From Paraspadella gotoi (Eukaryota > Animalia > Chaetognatha), in NCBI GenBank assembly GCA_051294375.1, contig CM119269.1, positions 5,564,381-5,628,380 of the forward strand: DNA of 64,000 nt. Reading direction: 5' to 3'. Positions 1 through 11,159 of the stretch are shown one piece after another. A program made the translations under genes and the position numbers. A model generated the notes under the pieces. The model made no database searches and was not told the DNA's origin. It worked only from the letters and a program-made list of their open reading frames with translations. The first letter of the stretch is position 1, and each line of letters starts with the position of its first letter.

Positions 1-2
1 AG

Positions 3-200
3 GCGCAGCATCGCTCGTGCGCCCAAGCTGCATCTTTCTATAAGTATCATTATCGAAGCAAGAGGAGCGCTGAGGAAGACCGAACCGGCGATGTCTTTTG
101 TTCGGTGCCCACGGACGATTTCCTTTTGGATTCAAGGGAAAAGCTAGCAGCGCCTTCAGGTGGCGGATTGATAAACCATTTTGATTATAATAGCAAATGA
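3..200 (+). CDS. Possible last coding exon of a gene entering from upstream of the window
   Basis: Open frame from base 3 (AQHRSCAQAASFYKYHYRSKRSAEEDRTG...NSK*) to TGA at 198-200, more GC-rich than the AT-rich sequence after it, with a furin-like RSKR/SA site. No recognisable family. Confidence 0.2.
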   Translation, partial: AQHRSCAQAASFYKYHYRSKRSAEEDRTGDVFCSVPTDDFLLDSREKLAAPSGGGLINHFDYNSK

Positions 201-1318
201 ACATTAATTTTCAACTCAATGTGTAACACCGAGCTTGACTTTAAATCAAACCTAAACTCGTATTTTAAATCCTACACGAAGTCCCGTGATTGAGTTGACG
301 TCTCATGTGGACGGAGTTGCTTGACTTTGTCCCCTGATCTCTTTTTTCATTTCCTTTTTTGTTCACGCTTATTGTTGACATATATTTTTGAGTAACTCAG
401 CTAATGACGGAAAGTAGACCTAAATTTAAAACTCTTTGTAGTTTTTTGTTCTTTGAAAGAACTAATTTTAATTACAAATTATTAGGATTCATTGCACAAA
501 GTTAAAAAACAAATCAACCGATGGACGAATCCGAGGATTGATATAATTTGGAATGCTTCCGAATAAATGAGCAGTGAAAAACTTTTATTGCAAAAATTAA
601 ATTTCTTTTTAGAATAAATGATAAAACGACTTGAATTTTATCCGTTTTACTAACAATACTTTCAATTGAGAATAGGCCGAACCGTAGCGTTACAAAAGTC
701 GTTTGGCGGAGGAATTCTGGTTGAAGAAGGATATTCTTTATAACTGGTAAGATAAGAGTTAAACAAAATGCTACTAAATTTATTGCGCAACAAAGTTTCC
801 AAAAGCTTTTCAACCTTTTTACCTACGCATATGTTACATAAATAAAAAACGATGTATAACAAAACTCAGTAATCGTGGAAGCTTGTTAACTCTCTAATTA
901 TTTAACGTCACTTTAAATATTACGATTTGCATTCTTATATCTTCAAAATGTAATTTTTTTTTAAAGTGTGGCTGCACTACTTTACATATGGCTTAATCGT
1001 TCTCTACAATTTAATTTTTACACCTATGTAATTATTATATTATGTAATGACGCTTTTATTATCCAGTATCGCAAATTTTGTTTGCCATTTCGACGTGACA
1101 TCATTTACTAAAACATGTCCATTGTCCAGTTTATTTTAAATAATGTAGAAAAGCCAGTTTCATAATGATTCACAAGAAGATCAACAAATGACATAACGTT
1201 GACAACAATCTTAACGGAAATGGGGGAGGGGTTTCCTATCGTCCTTTGTTATGACGATTCAATCCCCAAATTCTGGGATACATAAAATGGAGAGAGAGAT
1301 TTTCGTTGTCGACGGAGG

Positions 1319-4300
1319 CTACACTGAGCAACGTTTTTTAAAATCATAGGAGTAGGCAGTTTCGTCCGACTCTTCGTACTGCGTCACGCTCTGGTACCCA
1401 TAACGCGTCGAAGCGCCGGTGCCGTAATTGTCTTGTGACGGAGCCGGGGCGGCATAGGCGGCGTCACGCCGAGTAGGACTAGATCCGGATCGGCGCCGAT
1501 CCGGACCTGATCGATGATTGTAGCACGTGCAGCTGCAAACAGAGGCAGAGTCGCTCTCGTCAAGCGCTCGCATTGGCTCACCAGAATCGACAGCGACGCT
1601 GGCGTTTGGGACGCCGCGCCCGGTGCTTTGGTGATACGCCGATGGATGGATGACGTCGCCGTCCAGTCGCGCCGCCGTCGCCTTGTGGGGGAAGAAGGAG
1701 ATACTATTTTTAAAAGTCGAAAGTTATTTTAATTGGTTATGGTGGACTAAAATCCACCAACCGTTCATCAGCGGCCATTGGTGACGGAGGCAAGTCATTC
1801 GCCTCCCAACCAAAAGGTCCGGGATTCTAGCCCGTTGGCCACCTAGCAGTTAAGAGGGACGGGGCACTTAACCCGCCTGTAACATGGTGTTACAGCCTGA
1901 TCCGAAGCTCAGGGACTGCTTATATTGAACGGTTCTGTCACTAACACATAACAATTATCACTGTCTCTTCATTGGTGAGCCGACTTCCAAACACAACAGC
2001 AACAACACTTTCAGGCGACAGGCCTCAACCTGGCGATGCACTTTCCGCCAACAACACATCAGGCGAATGCCTCAACTTGGTGACGTACTTTCCACCAACG
2101 GCAATTCACTGAAGAGACGCAACAGACTTCTCCTACGGGAGGGGGGTATGTATGGTGGACTAAATCCACAACCGTTCATAGCGGCCATTGGTGACGGAGG
2201 CAAGTCATTCGCCTCCCAACCCAAAGGTCCGGGGTTCTAGCCCAGTGGCCGCCTAGCAGTTAAGAGGGACGGGGCGCTTAACCCGCCTGTAACATGGTGT
2301 TACAGCCTGATCCGAAGCTCAGGGACTGCTTATATTGAACGGTTCTGTCACTAACACATAACATTATTATCACTGTCTCTTCATGGTCTATTTAAATTTT
2401 AAAAAAACTTTTAGGAGATTGCCCAGGAAACAGTAGGTAAATTGATGAAATATTTTATAAATTTTTGAAATAAATTCTTAATCATTAAAATTATTATTAG
2501 TACAGCTTTGAGATCACTTTGGTAGCTCTCTCTCACATTAGTGGCTCTGTTCGCGTTCTCCTACCTGCTCTGATTATTTTATTATTAAAATCACGTGATT
2601 TGGATTGAGTTTAGCTTTTAATAGCAAAATGGCTTCGCCTAGTGAAATCTACAAGGTATAAGATAGGTTAGAGCTAAGTTCTCAATGTTTTTTAATACAA
2701 TCTCCCTCACTATTGTTTAGGTTTCAAATATATTTAAATTTTATTTTCAATTTTTTGACATTTGATGATTGATCAAAGAAAAAACAGCAACAAAGTAAAA
2801 TAAAACTAAATACCCACCAAAAAAAAAAGAAAAAATTAAACTATCATTGTCAAAGATAATTGAGAAGTACAAGAGGACGATGATTCGTGGAGTACGTACT
2901 GTACTAGTACACTCAGTCTAACTGGTAGAAAACACAAGGAATGATGGAGCAAACTCAACGAAACCGCCAAAAATATTTTATCCTCTACTCTAAAGTTTAA
3001 GCCACATAGCAATTAATATTTTGCCATTTCTTGCGTCGATACTGTTCTCATTAATATTTATAAACAATATTTTGTATTTACCTGGGCGTGCTTCTCCTCG
3101 ATCTCGTCTCGTTTCTCGTCTTCTGTATTCATTGTCAAAAACCGCAGCACCAACAAGTTCATCGCGGCCGAGACGATCGTCAATCCAAAGACGATGAAGA
3201 TAAGCGCGAAGGCGACGTACTCGGGGTTCTGCTGCAGAGCGCCGCGTTGCTGCAGCGCCACGAAGTCGCCGAACCCGATCGTCGTCAGCGTGATGACGCA
3301 GTAGTAGAGGGAGTCGAAATAATTCCAGGACTCCCACGTGGAGAAGACGGCGGCGCCGACGACGATGACCAGCGCCGCACAGATGCTGACCACCATGATC
3401 TGGTCGGTCTGAGTCACGCCATCGCTGCGGAACGAGAGGCACCGCTTGAACCGCTTGAGCAGGAAGCTGACGAGCGTGTTGACCCGCTCACCGATGGACT
3501 GAAACATGACAAGTCCGAGCGGGATGCCAATGAGGGCGTAGAACATGGCGAAGATCTTGCCGCCGCGGGTGTGAGGGGCGGTGTGGCCGTAGCCTGTCAA
3601 GAGTTGGGGAACGGGGGAGAGGGGAAGGGGAGCTTTCGATTTATATTTTGTTTCGGGGGGAAAAAAAAGGAACGGAAAAAACCAAAATAACAAAACATCG
3701 TAAAAATGATTTTATTTTTCTCGGTCGCGTCAGTTTTACTTCTGGTCAACGTCGTTCCTTATTTCTGTTTTTGAGGAGAAAGATAATTCTTGTTTTTTTT
3801 TGCTGATTCGAGAAAAACTTGCTAAAAATCCATAAAACTCGGAACTGACTCTAAACTGGGGAATAATTTTTTATTCTCCTCTGGGACCGACAAAACAAGA
3901 AATAGGGAAAAAAAATGAGAACCGGCCGACAAACATAGACTTAGTCTTAGAGGGATGCATCTCTCTCTCGATGGACGCATCTAAAAAAAAATATAGGCGT
4001 CATATTTCGTTATTTCATCGACGCAGTTTCGTTGCTGTCACTTTTATTTGTGCCGCATCGTCAGTTTTTAAAACTTGACGCTGCCGACGCGAGAAATATC
4101 TCCGTCGTCAGCTTTTACGGGCTTCAATGTTTTGTCATCCCATCGTCGTCGGAAGACTTGAATTGCGTCGTTGAGGCACATGTGTACACCGTACAGATAC
4201 TGGAATTTCAAATACAAACTGCTTAAATTAAGCCTTAATACAAGCTCCTTTAAGTAAGTAGTAACCACGCCTATTTACTTCGTTGAGCTTATTGCTAAGT

Positions 4301-5685
4301 GCTTAGTCCCGTATATATATTATATTATATTATTTTGTTAATGAAAAATAAATTTCTTTAGTTGAAGTCTTTTATTTCAATTAAAAACTTGAGCAATCAG
4401 TTTCTCTTTTTATACAAATCTTAAAAGGGGAAAAAGTTTCACAGCAAAAAACGACTAAAATCCAATTTACTTTAATGAATCAAAAAAAAAAATTGACTAG
4501 TTGACCAATAGAAAACAAAGCTAGCAACTTAAATATCAGCATAAAGACGTAAAAATCGTATCTGATTAGTTTACAGACACGAAAAACTTTAAATTAAATT
4601 AGCGACAAAAATATCGAAATATATCAGACGATGGTGTCCCTGACGCATGATTTTCCGTCGTCGTCATCGTCGTCATCGTCTCGACGTCTCGTCGCCGTTG
4701 TCGTCGTCACCGCCGCAGCCACCGCTGCCGCAGCTGCTGTCGACGCAGCTGCTTCGCTGACGACAAACTTACGAAATCGGGAGCCGGGAATTTTCCCAGG
4801 CGTTCTCTCGTCCCCCTCAAGTTCTGTGGCGCCTCCAGCGCCTCCCGCGGCGTCGCCCGCCGAGGCCGCTCCCGCTGCGGATGCCGCTGCCACAGCGTTG
4901 CGCATGACGGCGCGACTGGCGCGGATCTTCTGGTCGACATCGTGAAGTCTGTCCGATCCATACTCGAACTCTGATGGACCCAGATCCATGAAGCCACCGT
5001 CGTCGTCTTCGTCGTCGTCGTCTTCGTCAAATTCTTCGTCGTCGTCATCGTCGTCGTACATGTCGAGGCCGACGTCGTCGCCGCCTTCGTCGTCGTCGTC
5101 ATCCGTGACGAAGGGTTTCGGCTTGGCAGTTCCGTCCGTCGTGCCCTCGATAATGTGTCGCAGCTCGACCAGGCCGACCACGCCCACAAGGTGCCCGATG
5201 TTGGTCACGTAGGCCTGTTTGAGCGAGAGCAGCGAAAATAGCGAGTGGACTTTGTGGAGCGAAGTATGGGAGACGAGTTGGAAAGGAGCGGGATCGATGA
5301 TGCAGCTGGAGTGGAAAGAGACAATTTTGAGGGACTTGTTTATCTTTAAAAGAAAAGATTCTTTTCCTTATTTTCTTCTTTTTTAATTTTTGATTGCCTT
5401 TTCATGATTTTATTTTCTTTTCTTTTCTTTTCTTTTCTTTTCTTTTCTTTTCTTTTCTTTTCTTTTCTTTTCTTTTCTTTTCTTTTCTTTTCTTTTCTTT
5501 TCTTATCTTAATGTACTCATTTTTAAATTTTTTTTTCTTTTTATTGGTATTTATTGTTTCATTTTAAACGTTTTTATCAATTTATGTGATGTCTTTCTTT
5601 CTTTTTTCTTTCTTTAATTTTTAAATTTTTTTTCTTTCTTTCATTTAAAAAAAAATTGTTTTCTCCTTGCTTTCGTTCTCTAGAG

Positions 5686-5720
<35 letters not shown>

Positions 5721-5807
5721 TTCTTTTTTCCTTTCTTACTTTCTTTCTTATCTTATCTTTCTTTCTTTAAATTTTCTTTTCTTTCTCTCGTATATTGTTC
5801 TTTTTCT

Positions 5808-5843
<36 letters not shown>

Positions 5844-8800
5844 TCCTTTCACCCATTGAAATTGACGATCTTCTCCAACTGTCGATCCTCCCACGCCTTC
5901 TGCTCTTCGGGCGGAAGGTCGATGACCCTTTGACCCGAGATCGACGAGGACGATTTGGCGAAGGGAGCGCGGATCATGTGGGCGACGTTCTCGAGTCCCG
6001 TACGGACGGACCGTTCCTTGTGGAGATCCTCCCTGGAGGCACCGGGCGGCTGAAAGACTTGGGAGAATGGATTCGGACTCGTCGCTCCCCCGTGCTGTTT
6101 GGCGGAGGAGGAGGAAGAGGAAGAGGAGGGTTTGGGAGACTTTTTGGTCTCCAACTCGGAATCGCTCATCGACTCGAAGACTTCGTCGTGTTTGGCGGCG
6201 ACTTCGCCCTCGTCGTCGTCGTCGTCTTCTGCGTCGCTGCGTCCGAGACGCGATCGCTCTGAGGATTCCGAAGTCGTCCGCTTGAGAATGCTCTTGCCAG
6301 GCTTAGCGTCCCAACCGGGCTGGACTCTGAGAGTGGGCGGTGCCGACTGGGGCACGCCCAGAGACTCGCCTGGGCTCCAGGTTTGATTCATGTGAGCGAT
6401 GGCACGGAGCTGCTCCTTGACCTGCTCTAGCCCGGCCAGATTGGGCATTGTCTCGATCACGGACGAGTTGCGGCGCGAAGTCAGACGAGAGGAGATCGAG
6501 ACTTTGTCAAGATCGTGCTGGGGTTCGCGCATGCGTCGCTCGCGTCCGATCTGACGGTCCAAAACCAGCTGAAGCTCGGCGCGCTGGACCGAGCCTAGCA
6601 ACACCATGTGCTGGTGGGAGTCGACCAGCGGGCAAGAGCGAAGCTTGGTCTTCTCCAGCAGGTTTTTGATCTCCGAGTACTTGGAATCCGTGTAGGAGAC
6701 GTATTTGACGTCTTTGACCATAAAATCGTCGACGAAGATGTTGAAGGCGGTGTGGTCTGAAGTGGATATGTCCGGGAGGTAGGGAAGCTTCTTGATGCGG
6801 ATGATCGAATCGAATATGTTGAGGTCCAACGATTTGGCGACAAAGTTGGCCGTCAATACAGCGAAGGCCAACGGCAGGATGTGGTTGATTTGACCAGTCA
6901 ATTCGGAGACGATGACCGTGGTACTTATGGTGTGGGTGGCAGCACCGGCGAATGCGGCGGCGCCCACAACAGCATAGCTGCCGGGAATGATTGGCATGGG
7001 GTGGTCGTGATGTATCCCATCGGGAAACCACGTGGCCAACGCCTCGCCCACCAAGCGACCAATGGCGGCCCCCAGAGTGAAGACGGGGATGAAGGCGCCT
7101 GCCGGAACGGGCAACGTGATCGCCACGATCGACATCCAAAATTGCATGAAGATGAAGATGACGAGAGTAATGAAGACGGAGCCGCTGTCGCCGGGCCGCA
7201 GCTGCCAATTCTCCAGCACCACCTGCTCCCTTACATCCGGGTCTGATCCGGCGCCGGTCCAAGTGAAGTTACAGAAGAGCTGCTTGACGGCGGCTCCTTG
7301 AGTCAGCTTGCCAGCGAAGTATCGGCCCGGCCCGAGCGGGCAAGAGAGCGCCGCGATGATGGTGGCCACGACGAAAGGATAGATGAATCGATTCTTTTGC
7401 AGGAATTTGTTCAGCCTCTTGTTCCCGCGCATGAAGAGAACCCAGCGCCGGTGGGAGTAGACGAAAAAGGCGCCGCCGAGACCGCAGACGGCGCCGACGA
7501 AGACGTAGGCGAGGAATTCGCTGGGGAAGAAGGGCAGATCGAGTCGGTAGGTCGTTCTCAACAACGCCGTCACCGTCAACTCGTGTCCGATCCACACGTC
7601 CATCAGGCGGAAAACGGCGGCGCTGACGACGGCGGCGAAGAATCCCCGCCAATAGTTGGCGGTGGCGAAGAGTGTCGACGTGACTTCGATGGCGAAAAGG
7701 ACGCCGCCAATGGGCGCCGCGAAGGAGCAGCCGACGCCGACTGCCACGGCGGCGCCCATCATCGCCGACTGTTTGGACTCGTTTTCGTAGACGCCCTTCT
7801 TAGACATGCATTTCCCCAGCAGAGAGGCCACGATGGAGGAGATGTGAACGAAGGGGCCTTCCTTGCCGAGTGGCAAGCCGCTGCCTAGGGCAGTGATGAT
7901 CCCGATGCTCTTTGCCACGAAGGTACGGAAGGTGAGGTACTCGGTGAGGATGACTCCGCGGAAGATGGTCTTCATCTCGGGGATGCCAGACCCGATGGCG
8001 TTGGGAGATACGATGTGGGTGAACCCGGTGGAGAAGAGGATGAAGACGACGGTGAAGAGAATCCAGACGGTGTATTGGAGGTAAGCCGAGTGGGAGTGGA
8101 GCTCCTCGTAGACCCAAGAGTGGGCGCGGTGGCAGAAGACAATGCACCAATCGATCGCGAATGAGACAAGAGACATCGTGACGCCGAGGAGAACGAGAAA
8201 GAACCAATCCTCGCCAACGTAGCGGAAGAAGAACATGCGGAACCGATGGGCGATGGCGACCAGGCCCGTCCAAAAGTCCAGCGGGGTGAAGGAGTCCTTT
8301 TTGGCGGCGGCGTCGGCGTCGACGTCGGCCGCAGGGGGATCCGGCGACGCTGCCGATGGGTCTTTGCTCGCTTCCGCTTCCTGCCGTCGCTGCTGCTGCT
8401 GCTGTTCCCGCTGCAGCTTAAGCCGCTCCGCCTCTCGCTTCGACGCCGCGGCCAGGTCTTCCTTGTACTGACCGCACATCAGCGTCTCCTGATAATTAAG
8501 ACTCGGTTGCGGTTGATTGGACGCCATGACGGAGTTTGGGTGGGCGTGACCGTCCGGAGTTACGTTTTGAAAGACGCCTATGGATCCTGTGGAAAATCCG
8601 TTGTGAATTTCTTTCAAAAGCGATCCTCCATTTTTCGATCGAACAGAAAAAATCGTCTCTCGCGATGAAAGATTTTTTTTTTTTTCAAAGTTGTTTTTAA
8701 AAATTAGGTTGATTTTTTTTTTCTTTTGGGTGAAATCATCGAAAACCGAGATGATCGAGTTTTTGTGAATCGGGGCCAACAACATCCACTGCGCGTGATT

Positions 8801-8986
8801 CGAAATCGGGGTGAACGGAAGCGCTTGGTAACTTTGTGTGTGTGTTGGTTGTGTGAGAGAGGAGAGATTGAGGATGAGAGAGAAAGAGAGAGAGAGAGAG
8901 AGACGAGAGGAGAAGAGAGAGAAGAGAGAGAGGAGAGAGAGAAAGAATAATGAAGAAAGAAAAAAGAAAGAAAGAAAAGAAAGAAA

Positions 8987-9017
<31 letters not shown>

Positions 9018-10237
9018 AATAAAGACAGAAAGAAAGAAAGAAAATTAGGAATTAAAAAAAAAGAAAAGAAGTTAAATAGAAATAAGCTAATAAGAAAAAA
9101 AACTCTTTATAAAAATATAAAGAAGAGTTGAAGAGTTTAACATTATATTGTATAGTATTAGTAAGCTCAAATCTCTCAAAAGAGATTACGGTGCCTTTTT
9201 AAGTCATCGCGACGAGGAGGCGGAAGACTTAAGAGCATCAGAGGCTGAAAGGCTAAAAGGCTGCAAGGCCAAGCGCTCTCGAGCGCAACAAAGATGGGAA
9301 GCATTAAATTTAAAAGTAAGAAAAACGATAAAAAAAAATTATATTTATTATTTCATAATGGTTTTCGGATTTGACGTCATCGGCTTTGTCGCTTTTCAGC
9401 CTCGGAAAAAAAAATATTGCTAAAAAGTATGTATTTTTTTACTCGTCTAATTTTTTTTTTCTTTTTAAGTTATGTCAAGATATTTCCTTCGGTGAGTCGA
9501 TGCCCTTCAATGCCATTAACCAAACGGAGAAAAAATGGCGTTCGCCTATGTAGTTTACCTCTTTGAAAAATAGATTGTCTTGTAGGTAAAAACGAAAAAA
9601 TACACTTTAATTAGTTTATTCTTATATTACAGTATAATAATTAATTTAGCATGATTCGAAAAAAAATGATTGAAAAAAGAAATGCCATGAGCAATTAGTG
9701 ACAAATTTACCGAAAATTATGTTTTTATGTTTTTATGTTTTTATTATTTTTTGTCGGTCAAATATGCTCCTGCGAACCAAAAGTTAAAGATGTCAGTCGG
9801 AAACAACAACAATTTCGGAAAAAAGGGCTGTACATTTTACTATATAGTACAATACAGTACATCGTGCTTTGACGAGAATGAGAATGAGAACAAGAAAAAA
9901 AAAGCCCAAATCAGGGTGTATTCACTGAATGAAAGACTGGACAACGAGACTTACCGATGGTGGTGAGCACGGTAAGGGCGAAGTAGAACGACCCGGCGAA
10001 CTTCCACTGGATCCCCGCTTGATGCGGCACGAACTTCACGATGACCTTCGACACGTTCAGCATCTCGCTCTGGGAGATGTTGAAGCGGCGCTGGAACGCC
10101 GACAGCTGATCGAAGAGCAGCGCCTTCTCCTGCCGCTCGTTCTCCGATTCCAGGTTATCGAAGATGGCGGCGCCGATGAGGAGGTAAGTGAAGGTAAGGA
10201 CCACCAGCGCCAACGTGCGGATGTTCTGTTTCTTCAT
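1319..10237 (-). CDS. TASK/SUP-9-type two-pore-domain K+ channel (KCNK3/KCNK9 family); exons 10237-9955, 3593-3082, 1681-1319; 385 aa
   Basis: Exon 1 [26 protein letters not shown]...[18 protein letters not shown] ends G|gtaagt (phase 1). Exon 2 starts ttgacag|GC TAC GGC CAC, rebuilding TIGYGH, and contains [12 protein letters not shown] and [15 protein letters not shown]; it ends CAG|gtaaat. Exon 3 cacaag|[11 protein letters not shown]...SVCSCTC...KKRCSV* has a TASK-type 14-3-3 tail. All phases match (283+512+363=1158 nt). Confidence 0.95.
1738..2383 (+). mobile_element. Complete non-autonomous LTR retrotransposon (TRIM) with tRNA-like sequence in the LTRs (Helenus-like)
   Basis: Near-identical direct repeats 1738-1971 and 2151-2383 (TATGG...CTTCA). 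PBS-like TGGTGAGCCGAC at 1973, PPT GGGAGGGGGG at 2137-2146, 4-bp TSD TGGT (1734-1737 and 2384-2387). No ORF. LTRs carry A-box-like TGGTGACGGAGG, TCGCCTCCCA and B-box-like GGTTCTAGCCC. Confidence 0.88.
4371..4376 (-). terminator. Candidate polyadenylation signal of the ClC gene
   Basis: AATAAA on the minus strand about 250 nt after the ClC stop; lies within K2P intron 1. Confidence 0.4.
4624..8527 (-). CDS. ClC-2/ClC-a-type voltage-gated chloride channel; exons 8527(or 8785)-5853 and 5305-4624; about 1118 aa from ATG 8527
   Basis: Motifs [28 protein letters not shown] (channel-type V at the proton-glutamate site), [21 protein letters not shown] and CBS1. Splice AAT GG|gtgaaa ... tccag|C TGC ATC ATC GAT CCC GCT CCT TTC CAA restores CBS2 ([12 protein letters not shown]...KVHSLFSLL). 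The true 5' end is uncertain. Confidence 0.93.
5306..5852 (-). repeat. Sole ClC intron, largely (AAAG)n and (AAAAG)n microsatellite
   Basis: GT at 5852, AG at 5307-5306; (TTTC)n at about 5685-5850 and (TTTTC)n at about 5415-5503 on the + strand. Confidence 0.85.
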
Positions 10238-10310
10238 TGGCGGGAGTTTGGTGAAGCGAAAGCGGTGAGGGGTAGAAAAGAAGGGGGGTAGGTGTTGGTG
10301 GGATGGGGAA

Positions 10311-10363
<53 letters not shown>

Positions 10364-11049
10364 TCTCCTTTTTTTACGACATTAAGTCAGTTTCGATTCT
10401 CCGATTCGTCGATTCTCTTTTGATTCTCCTTCTCGGTCACGTGACAAGTTCCTTCAAGTCCGTCTCTTCGACCGTCCTCGATCCGAGCGGACAGGTTCGG
10501 CCAAAGTTGAGGCCGGACGTCGGTGAAGTTCATACGAGCGGAAGAAAAAAAAAGGGAAAGGAGTCGGATGAGACGGATAAAGTCGGTTGGGGATCGATGA
10601 TCTCTCTTCTTGAGATTTCCTCGAGGATATGAGAATTAGCGATTTGGAAAAAAAGTGAGTGTTTTTTTTTTCTTCTTTTTGATATATTGTCTTCAAGCTT
10701 TTTATTTGGATTTTAATAATTGGTCAAGCGGTTGGCGGCAATAAAGGGAGCCCCCCCACGGCTGATCGAATCGAAAAAGCGAAGTTAAGCTTTTGACGCT
10801 TGCGATAAAATTGTTCGATTCACTTGCAACGAAGATATTTGATGCCAACGCCAATCTGTAAATAGAAGCAAAAAGTAGTGGCGACTTACCACTCTCGGAA
10901 TACCTAACACTCTCTCTCCACAGAAATAGAAGGATGTTTCCTCTTTCTACTAAGAGCTTGGTGGACAGCTTTACGAGGTTTGGGAAAAATTGGGGTGGCC
11001 AATGGGTAATGGGCAAAAGCCAATGGCTTTCGTTAAAAGAAAATGTCTG

Positions 11050-11159
<110 letters not shown>

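Noticed and set aside
1770-1845. Functional tRNA gene
   Set aside because: Only tRNA-like boxes; no clean cloverleaf, and embedded in LTRs with TSDs.
1875-1920. Hammerhead ribozyme/retrozyme (CTGAT...GAA)
   Set aside because: Core CUGAUGA and GAAA are not present in the required arrangement.
5795-8668. Many plus-strand and alternate-frame ORFs over the ClC exon (also over 33811-37428)
   Set aside because: Shadow ORFs expected from GC-rich coding sequence.
8587-8785. ORF-track N-terminal extension of the ClC (MLLAPIHK...)
   Set aside because: A-tract-rich and unlike the codon style of the exon; treated as probable intron/UTR, though not excluded.
9148-9423. Plus-strand ORF containing EAERLK as in the ClC N-terminus
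   Set aside because: Six-residue coincidence on the opposite strand with no further similarity.
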